NCBI RefSeq assembly: GCF_000015805.1
Contig: NC_009073.1
Location: 60,001-92,000, forward strand
Length of the DNA: 32,000 nt
DNA from: Pyrobaculum calidifontis JCM 11548
Lineage (GTDB): Archaea; Thermoproteota; Thermoprotei; Thermoproteales; Thermoproteaceae
Direction of reading: 5' to 3'
Below are positions 25,963 to 32,000 of the stretch, piece by piece. Both the position numbers and the translations under genes were made by a program. Below the pieces are notes generated by a model. That model was not told where the DNA came from. It worked only from the letters and a program-made list of their open reading frames with translations, and ran no database searches. Each line of letters begins with the position of its first letter. Position 1 is the first letter of the stretch.

Positions 25963-26031
25963 GGGGGAGGGGATGATGAATGGGTGTTGAAGGGACAGAT
26001 GCCCGCGGTCTGGCTCACTGACCCCTCCCCC
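25963..26031 (+). ncRNA. C/D-box sRNA candidate closed by a 10-bp terminal stem
   Basis: GGGGGAGGGG (25963-25972), AUGAUGA (C box, 25973-25979), 38 nt, CUGA (D box, 26018-26021), CCCCUCCCCC (26022-26031). The flanks are perfect reverse complements. The 38-nt C-to-D distance equals 12+4+3+7+12. The internal D'/C' boxes are degenerate. Confidence 0.65.
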
Positions 26032-26059
26032 TCTCCATATAAACTATTTGTTAGAAAAA

Positions 26060-26064
26060 TTTTT
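26060..26064 (+). terminator. T5 run, a possible archaeal termination signal downstream of the sRNA candidate
   Basis: AAAAATTTTTCT lies about 30 nt after the 3' stem. Archaeal RNA polymerase terminates at oligo-T. Confidence 0.25.
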
Positions 26065-26143
26065 CTCCGCTGACCCGCCACCCTACTGATGTCGGTTCTG
26101 ACCGTTCCAGAGTTGATAGATCCCCTGGCTACAATGTGTTGAC

Positions 26144-26176
26144 TCAAGTTTCTTTAGCCCTCTTAGCACACTCCAT
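26144..26176 (-). pseudogene. Decayed copy of the methyltransferase 5' end
   Basis: The minus strand reads ATG GAG TGT GCT AAG AGG GCT AAA GAA ACT TGA, giving MECAKRAKET*. The real gene reads ATG GAG TGG GCC AGG AGG GCT AGA GAG GCC, giving MEWARRAREA. Confidence 0.55.
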
Positions 26177-26213
26177 GTCTAAGCGCATAGCGCCCCTCCC
26201 CCACCGCCTCCAC
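26152..26213. repeat. Right copy of the duplicated gene-junction segment
   Basis: See the left copy. This copy covers the 3' end and stop of the wHTH gene plus the pseudo-start above. Confidence 0.7.
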
Positions 26214-26456
26214 GTATCCCTCTCTCGCCAGTTTCCCAAGCGCATAGGCCACAGCCCCCTCGTCTGCGCCCACCGCGGCCGCCGCCTCCTCCGCGGACAG
26301 AGGGCCCTTGGCCAAGGCGGCGAGCAACTTGGCCTCGAGCTCCGTCTCCTCTCTCAGAGAGGCCTTCACCGGCTTGAAGAGCCTAAAGGCTAGGTACAGC
26401 ACCGCCGCCACGACGGCCGCGAGCAGTAGGACAATCCACACGTGGCGCAAAGCCAT
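26163..26456 (-). CDS. Small membrane-anchored winged-helix (MarR/ArsR-like) protein
   Basis: 97 aa. It has an N-terminal TM helix VWIVLLLAAVVAAVLYLAF, then LLAALAKGPLSAEEAAAAVGADEGAVAYALGKLAREGYVEAVGEGRYAL, which looks like a helix-turn-helix plus wing. Confidence 0.6.
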   Translation of the reverse strand: MALRHVWIVLLLAAVVAAVLYLAFRLFKPVKASLREETELEAKLLAALAKGPLSAEEAAAAVGADEGAVAYALGKLAREGYVEAVGEGRYALRHGVC

Positions 26457-26478
26457 ATATTTATATCCATTTCAAGGA

Positions 26479-27738
26479 GTGCTCCGCCTCCTACCCCCAG
26501 CGGCGGTTCTCGCGGCCGGCCTCCTCATAAGGGCATACTTTGCCCCCTTCACCGTGGGGAGCGACGTGGTGCAGTTCGCCGGATTTGCAGACAGCGTGCA
26601 CAGACACGGACTCTGCTTCTACAAATACGCGGGGGGAGAAAACGCGGAGGCAGAGGGGTGGGCGTACCCGTGGCCATTCCCCTACGGCCCGCTGGCCGTT
26701 GCCCTCTTAGCCGTTGCCAGGCTCCTCGCGCCCGGCGCAGTGGAGAAGGTGGGCGAGTGGGTGTACGCGCCCCCGGACTGGATAGTCGCCTCCAAGGCGT
26801 TGTTCATAGCCTTCGACACCGCGGTTGCAGTCCTCATCTACTCTAACGGGGCGGGGTGGCCCACTTGGCGGAGGACAGCCGCCATGGCCCTCTACTACTT
26901 AAACCCCGCCGTGATCTACACCTCGGCCATATACGGCATGTTGGACCCACTGCCAGCCGCGCTCCTCATCGCCGCTCTGAGGCTGAGGGGCGGCTTCTGG
27001 GCGGGGGCCCTTCTCGGCTTAGCCGCCGCCACGAAGCTAAATGCGGCTCCGGCTGCGCTTTTCGCCGCACTCGCGTCGCCGTCGCTGAGGCTCGCCGCGG
27101 GGTTTGCGGCAGGGGCGCTCGTCCCCGTAATGCCCTTCGAGGCGGCGTGCCCCGGTAGCCTCTTGGCGTGGGTCCACGCGGCGCTGTCGGTGGCGTCGCC
27201 CGGCTACAACCCCCCTGTGGTGTACAGCTTCAATGGGGTGACTACGCTGGCCACGTATCTGCATGAGAAGACCGGCGGAGACTACTTATGGGCCATCCGT
27301 GCGTGGTGGGTCGCGGCCGCGGCGGCCTACGCCCCCCTGCTCCTCGTAGCGAGACGGGCCGGTCCGCTGGCCTCTGCCTACTTGGCGTACTTAGCCTACA
27401 CGGCCACCTACTGGCGTGTCAACTACCAATACTTCCTCCTCCTGGCGGGCCTCGCCGCGTTGCACATAGCCGCGCCCGGCGTCAGCAGAGCAGAGAAGGC
27501 GGTTTCCCTGGCGCACTTGGCGGCCGTCGCCCTTTGGCCCTTCCTCTACCCCGTCAGCTGGTGGGCCCGCGTCCATGTGAAAGAGCCCAACGAGGCGGTG
27601 GCAACGGCGCTAGACGCTGTGTCGCTAAAGTTGTTGGACCCCGAGGTATACGTGGCGTACTCCCTCGCGTTAACGGCCCTGGCGTATGTGGCGCTTGCGG
27701 CGCACTACCGCCGGTGGTTTAAGCGTATAAACCCCTAA
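26479..27738 (+). CDS. Polytopic membrane protein, GT-C-fold glycosyltransferase-like (DUF2029/PMT_2-like)
   Basis: From ORF 26308..27738, trimmed to GTG 26479 (VLRLLPPAAVLAAGLLIRAY) because the upstream part is antisense to the wHTH gene. The TATA-like ATATATTTATAT (26455-26466) sits just upstream. There are about 10 or more hydrophobic segments, with an early conserved loop FTVGSDVVQFAGFADS. Confidence 0.6.
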   Translation: MLRLLPPAAVLAAGLLIRAYFAPFTVGSDVVQFAGFADSVHRHGLCFYKYAGGENAEAEGWAYPWPFPYGPLAVALLAVARLLAPGAVEKVGEWVYAPPDWIVASKALFIAFDTAVAVLIYSNGAGWPTWRRTAAMALYYLNPAVIYTSAIYGMLDPLPAALLIAALRLRGGFWAGALLGLAAATKLNAAPAALFAALASPSLRLAAGFAAGALVPVMPFEAACPGSLLAWVHAALSVASPGYNPPVVYSFNGVTTLATYLHEKTGGDYLWAIRAWWVAAAAAYAPLLLVARRAGPLASAYLAYLAYTATYWRVNYQYFLLLAGLAALHIAAPGVSRAEKAVSLAHLAAVALWPFLYPVSWWARVHVKEPNEAVATALDAVSLKLLDPEVYVAYSLALTALAYVALAAHYRRWFKRINP

Positions 27739-27750
27739 AGTCTCACCGGC

Positions 27751-29196
27751 GTGGAGAAGCCGTTGCGATTTATTCGGGCCGCCAGCGGCGTACACGTCGT
27801 GGCCGTCATGACGCACCCCATGCCTTGCCCAGGCCGTTGCACCTTCTGCCCAACTGCCAGAGACGCCCCCAAGTCCTACCTCTCCGACAGCCCAGTGGTG
27901 CTGAGGGCCAAGAGGAGCGGCTACGACCCCTACCTCCAGACCGCCGGCAGAGTCAAAGTCTACCTTGAAAACGGCCACGTGCCCAGCAAAGTAGAGGTGG
28001 TGGTGATGGGGGGCACCTTCTCCGCCCTGCCCCGGGGGTACAGGGAGTGGTTTGTGGCAAACGTCTACAAGGCGCTCAACGACTACCCCAACTGGGCGGC
28101 CAAGGCCGCGGAGTCCCCCTCGCTGGAGTTTGAGCAACTGCGCAACGAGGCCGCCCTCCTGAGAATGGTGGCGCTAGCCGTGGAGACTCGGCCGGACTAC
28201 GTCGACGAGGGGGAGGTGGACTTCCTCCTCCAGCTGGGCGTCACCAGGGTGGAGCTGGGGGTGCAGTCCATCTACGACGACGTCTTGGCTAAGGTGAAGA
28301 GGGGCCACGGGGCCAGGGAGGCCGCGGAGGCCACTGCCCTTCTAAAGGACGCGGCGTATAAGGTGTGCTACCACCTAATGCCCGGCCTCCCCGGAAGCGA
28401 CCCAGACCGGGACCTCGAGATGTTCAAGACAGTGTTCTCCGACCCGGCCTACATGCCAGACTGCGTCAAGATATACCCCCTATACGTCGTGCCGGGGACT
28501 GAGCTCTACGAGCAGTGGAGGCGCGGCGGGTACAAGAGCTACGACGAGGAGACTTGGCTAGAGCTCTTGGCCAAGATCTACGCCTCTGTCCCCAGGTGGG
28601 CCAGAGTCATGAGACTCGGCCGCGACATACCTCTACACCACGTGGTAGATGGCCCAAGGTGGGGCAACATGCGGCAGGTGGTGTTGAAAAAGATGGCCGA
28701 GGTGGGCCTCCCCTGCGTAGAGATTAGGTGCCGCGAGGTTGGGGTCAAGTTAGCCAACGGGGCGCCGGTGGAGCCCGGGCCAATTGAGATCAAGAGGGCG
28801 GTCTACGAGGCGTCTGGCGGCGTCGAGGTGTTTTTAGAAGCGGTGGGGCCCGACGACACTCTATACGGCATACTAAGGCTTAGGATGCCCCACGCCCCCA
28901 GGCGCCCAGAGCTCAGCCGCAGGACGGCCCTAGTGAGAGAGTTGCATGTGTACGGCCCGGCGGTGCCCGTGGGGGAGAGGGGAATATGGTGGCAACACAT
29001 GGGCATTGGGCGGAGACTCATGGCGGCGGCAGAGGAGGTAGCCAGAGAATTCGGCGCGCGCAAGGTGGCTGTCATATCTGGCGTGGGGGCGCGGGAGTAC
29101 TACAGAAAGCTTGGCTACGAGAGGTGTGGGCCCTACATGTGCAAGCCCCTAGAGAAGCCGCTGGGGCATGCAGACGAGGAGCTCATAACGGTGTAG
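27751..29196 (+). CDS. elp3: Elp3-family radical-SAM/GNAT tRNA modification enzyme
   Basis: 481 aa. Has the radical-SAM cluster region MPCPGRCTFCP, then RVELGVQSIYDDVL and CYHLMPGLPGSD. The C-terminal GNAT region is WQHMGIGRRLMAAAEEVARE. Confidence 0.85.
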   Translation: MEKPLRFIRAASGVHVVAVMTHPMPCPGRCTFCPTARDAPKSYLSDSPVVLRAKRSGYDPYLQTAGRVKVYLENGHVPSKVEVVVMGGTFSALPRGYREWFVANVYKALNDYPNWAAKAAESPSLEFEQLRNEAALLRMVALAVETRPDYVDEGEVDFLLQLGVTRVELGVQSIYDDVLAKVKRGHGAREAAEATALLKDAAYKVCYHLMPGLPGSDPDRDLEMFKTVFSDPAYMPDCVKIYPLYVVPGTELYEQWRRGGYKSYDEETWLELLAKIYASVPRWARVMRLGRDIPLHHVVDGPRWGNMRQVVLKKMAEVGLPCVEIRCREVGVKLANGAPVEPGPIEIKRAVYEASGGVEVFLEAVGPDDTLYGILRLRMPHAPRRPELSRRTALVRELHVYGPAVPVGERGIWWQHMGIGRRLMAAAEEVAREFGARKVAVISGVGAREYYRKLGYERCGPYMCKPLEKPLGHADEELITV

Positions 29197-29226
29197 AGGC
29201 TTATAAATCCCCTAAATGGGCGACGC

Positions 29227-30228
29227 GTGTCTCTGCCGCCCCCGGCAGGGGTAATCAAGCTAGACCAAAACGAGGTCCCAATACCCCCGCCCCAGCATGT
29301 GGTAGAGGCGGCGGCGCAGGCCTTGGCAGTGGCCAACTGGTATCAGCCAGCTGCGCTGTACGACGAAGTCAGAGCCCTCTACGCCGAATACGCCGGCGTG
29401 GCCCCCGCCCACGTGTGGCTCTTCCCAGGAGCAGACGACTTCTTCGAATACATACTCCACAGGGCAAGGAAGGTGGCGGTTGTGTCGCCCACATACTTCC
29501 TTTTTGAAGACCAGGCGAGGTTCCACGGTGTGGAGCTCCTCCAGACCCCGCTCAGGGGGGAGGAGTTCAAGCTAGACCTCGCCGAGTTTCTCTCCGCGGC
29601 CAAGAGGGCAGACGCCGTGTATATAGACAACCCAAACAACCCCACGGGGCAACTCCTCCTACGGCCGAAGGAAGTGGAGGAGGTCCTGGCCCTGGGGAAG
29701 CCCACGGTGGTAGACGAGGCATACTTCGAGTTCTCCGGCGTCACCGTCGCGCAGTTGGCCGAGGCGTGGCCGAATCTTGCAGTGGTGAGGACGATGTCTA
29801 AGGCCTTCCTCCTCGCCGGTATGAGGGTGAGCCCAGTCATCGTAGGCGCGGGGTACAGGCTCCACTACAACACCGTGAGGTTCAGAGTGTCTCTCTCCTC
29901 CCTCGCCGCGGCCCGCGCCGCATTGTACAACAGAGGCTACGTGGGGGAGGTGGTGAAGATTGTGAAAGAGGGCGCCGCCTACCTCCGGGAGGAGCTCGCC
30001 CGACTGGGGATAAAGGCATGGCCCACATACGCCAACTTCATCTTAGTCAAGGGCCCCCCTGGCCTCGCCGCCGTGCTGAGGGAGTACGGCGTGTGGGTGA
30101 GAGACGAGGAGCAGAGGCTGGGCCCCGGCCACGTGCGAATAACAGTGGGCACGCCTGAGATAAACGCCCAGCTCGTCAGAACGCTGAAGACTGTGCTTAA
30201 AGCTTCTCTACCTCAGCCGTCAGCTTAG
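29227..30228 (+). CDS. hisC: Histidinol-phosphate aminotransferase-like class I/II PLP aminotransferase
   Basis: 333 aa. Contains IKLDQNEVPIPPP (compare LxxNENP), YIDNPNNPTG and the PLP-lysine context RTMSKAFLLAGMRVS. GTG start, with CTTATAAATC about 24 nt upstream. Confidence 0.75.
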   Translation: MSLPPPAGVIKLDQNEVPIPPPQHVVEAAAQALAVANWYQPAALYDEVRALYAEYAGVAPAHVWLFPGADDFFEYILHRARKVAVVSPTYFLFEDQARFHGVELLQTPLRGEEFKLDLAEFLSAAKRADAVYIDNPNNPTGQLLLRPKEVEEVLALGKPTVVDEAYFEFSGVTVAQLAEAWPNLAVVRTMSKAFLLAGMRVSPVIVGAGYRLHYNTVRFRVSLSSLAAARAALYNRGYVGEVVKIVKEGAAYLREELARLGIKAWPTYANFILVKGPPGLAAVLREYGVWVRDEEQRLGPGHVRITVGTPEINAQLVRTLKTVLKASLPQPSA

Positions 30229-32000
30229 CCAGCCTCCTCCGCCTAATAAACCAGACGAGAAACGCGGCGCCGGCCGCCCCGCCCCCTACAGCCACCAGGG
30301 GGACCGGGTCTAGGCTCCACACAGCCTCAAAAGTGGTAGACGCGACGACAACGGGCATCTGTGGATAGTTGTAGACGGTGCCAGTGGCCTTGTCCCGCCA
30401 GCCGGCGAACACCCAGTGCAAAGGCGGCGGGGACCAGACGTCCATGGGCGTGGGCACGACGCCGGCCACGCCGCCCTCGTCTACCCACATCTGTGGGGGC
30501 ACTTGGCCGTAGGCCGAGGTGAAGTAGACGAGGTACTGCCTCTTCGTGGTGTACGTTATATTCAGCGGTCTGTCCACCCGCACTACCAGCGGCACCTGCG
30601 AGCCGGCGGGTCGCCCGTTTATGACCCACTGGGCGAGCACTGTGCGGACGTTGCCCCTGGACTCTATGGGCGTGGGGATAGACACAGTGACGTTGGCCCC
30701 CCTCTCCACCCACGTGGCGTTAGGCGGATTGGCCACGTATGCCGGCGGCGCCGTCCACACTCTGTACTGAACCACGTACTTCGGCCTAAGCGAGAGCGGG
30801 CCTTGCACAGTCCGCACAACCTCAAGCGCCCGCTCCTCAGGCGTAAACTCCAGCCCAGCCCACCCCACAAAGGCCAGCCTAGTCCCATTCCTAAAGTCGT
30901 AGAACTCAGGCGCCTTAAACACCACGGTAGACCCCACGTCGGCCCACAGCTGCGTAGAGCCGTTGACAGAGGCAGGCCAGGAGGTGGAGACCAGGGCCTG
31001 CGGCACGTACACCCCCTGCGCGGAGACCGGGTAGGCGGAGACCTCGGGCGCGGGGCCGGAGGCCACCACGTTCCCAGAGCCGTCGAAGACCACCACTAGG
31101 TCGAGCCTAAGCCTAGCAGTGGCGTTTATCTGGACGTACGGCGGTAGCTCCACCCTGTAAACTGCCTTAACGGACACCGGCTTATCCACGTTCACCGTCA
31201 GAGAGGGCGTCGGCACGTCCAGCCTCCTCCCATCCACCACCCAGCCCACCAGCCGCAAGACGCCGGTCGACACAGGCGAGTTGTAGACGGGGATCTCCAC
31301 CCTAGGCTCGGCGTAAAACGCCGCAGGGCCGCTAGCCCAGGCCGGCCCTCTGACAAGGCCCGCGGGCTCCACAGAGATGCGGTACTCCAAGGCGTACCGC
31401 ACTGGCACATGCTCCGCCAAGTCGCCAGTGACCTCGAGCGTGACGTTCCTCAGAGGCCTACACCTCACGTCTCCAAGGTACTTAAACTGGGGCTCCACCG
31501 ATATCTTGCTTACTGGCACCAACACGTCCTGCGCCCCAGACACCGAGTAGGCGTAGACGGCCTCGCCTGCCCTCACCACAACGTCCACCGGGAGGCATTG
31601 CTGTGGCGCGTCGGGGACAATTCTAACGCTGGCAAGTCTAACCGGCGTGACGGAGTCCCAAGTCTCGTAGGCGAGGGCCCTCCCGTTAAACGACGCGGCA
31701 AGAGAAGTGACCGGCCTGCCCGCGGAGATCCGCGCCACCTCCCTCCCCTCTTTAAACACCACTACGTGTCCCCCGAGAGTTCCCACGGCGACTATAGACC
31801 CGTCCCCCGAGGAGTAGACGGAGAGCGGGGGAGCGGGGAGGGGAGCCCTCCACGCGACGGACCCCCTCCTAATGGCCACAAGCTCGCCGAAGGTCCCCAC
31901 GAAGACCCACTCCCCATTCTGACTAACGGCAAAGGGCACCCGAGGCGTGTCAATGCCGTACTCCACTGCGACGGCGGGAGCAAACTCTAGCCCATACGGC
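30197..32000 (-). CDS. Large cell-surface protein: beta-propeller-like N-terminal repeats, four InlB-B-repeat-like (F/L-x-GW) modules and a C-terminal TM anchor. Probably 5'-truncated by the window edge.
   Basis: The ORF track starts at GTG 31966, but the frame stays open to nt 32000 (...PYGLEFAPAVAVEYGID). The 31966 form has no signal peptide and no upstream TATA. Repeats are LVGWVVDGRR, FVGWAGLEF, LAQWVINGRP and FAGWRDKATGTVY. There are seven N-x-S/T sequons. The C-terminus is VAVGGGAAGAAFLVWFIRRRR. Confidence 0.75.
   Translation of the reverse strand, partial: PYGLEFAPAVAVEYGIDTPRVPFAVSQNGEWVFVGTFGELVAIRRGSVAWRAPLPAPPLSVYSSGDGSIVAVGTLGGHVVVFKEGREVARISAGRPVTSLAASFNGRALAYETWDSVTPVRLASVRIVPDAPQQCLPVDVVVRAGEAVYAYSVSGAQDVLVPVSKISVEPQFKYLGDVRCRPLRNVTLEVTGDLAEHVPVRYALEYRISVEPAGLVRGPAWASGPAAFYAEPRVEIPVYNSPVSTGVLRLVGWVVDGRRLDVPTPSLTVNVDKPVSVKAVYRVELPPYVQINATARLRLDLVVVFDGSGNVVASGPAPEVSAYPVSAQGVYVPQALVSTSWPASVNGSTQLWADVGSTVVFKAPEFYDFRNGTRLAFVGWAGLEFTPEERALEVVRTVQGPLSLRPKYVVQYRVWTAPPAYVANPPNATWVERGANVTVSIPTPIESRGNVRTVLAQWVINGRPAGSQVPLVVRVDRPLNITYTTKRQYLVYFTSAYGQVPPQMWVDEGGVAGVVPTPMDVWSPPPLHWVFAGWRDKATGTVYNYPQMPVVVASTTFEAVWSLDPVPLVAVGGGAAGAAFLVWFIRRRRLAKLTAEVEKL

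Noticed and set aside
25588-26147. ORFs within the low-GC spacer (25588..25812 minus, 25637..25990 plus, 25746..25976 plus, 25902..26147 minus)
   Set aside because: They mutually overlap in different frames. Their composition is Cys/Ser/Leu-rich and unlike the neighbouring genes. They have no TATA-to-start spacing and no motifs. The region is better explained as non-coding or decayed DNA.
1-32000. CRISPR arrays, rRNA/tRNA genes, IS elements or transposases
   Set aside because: I saw no regularly spaced direct repeats, no tRNA cloverleaf candidates in the few non-coding gaps, and no transposase- or integrase-like translations in the ORF track.

Overview
The window looks like a GC-rich crenarchaeal chromosome segment of Pyrobaculum/Thermoproteus type. 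The gene content fits, and TATA-like boxes sit about 20-27 nt upstream of most start codons, so the mRNAs appear leaderless. It is densely packed with about 33 protein genes on both strands. Most are housekeeping genes: peroxiredoxin Bcp, a TusA/DsrE pair, endonuclease III, M32 carboxypeptidase, a Thg1-like enzyme, archaeal PPAT, M28 peptidase, prephenate dehydratase, a tungsten AOR-family oxidoreductase, Hel308 helicase, MCM, SufB/D, Elp3 and a HisC-like aminotransferase. I found no CRISPR array, rRNA, tRNA, transposase or integrase. Two regions stand out. (1) 15240-21688 is a five-gene plus-strand operon in which all four gene junctions are ATGA stop/start overlaps. Every product begins with a pilin-like hydrophobic helix: two have an MRG|Q or MRG|S class-III signal and three have a Glu at position 5-6. 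All five carry many N-glycosylation sequons, and one is a 1146-aa giant with no domain I recognise. No pilus ATPase, platform protein or prepilin peptidase is present in the window. This is my best candidate for an undescribed cell-surface system. (2) 25586-26162 is a low-GC stretch of about 0.58 kb with no credible ORF. It is bracketed by a diverged duplication of the junction between two genes that probably once overlapped. It contains a strong C/D-box sRNA candidate closed by a perfect 10-bp stem. All product calls rest on motif recognition in the supplied translations; no database search was possible.
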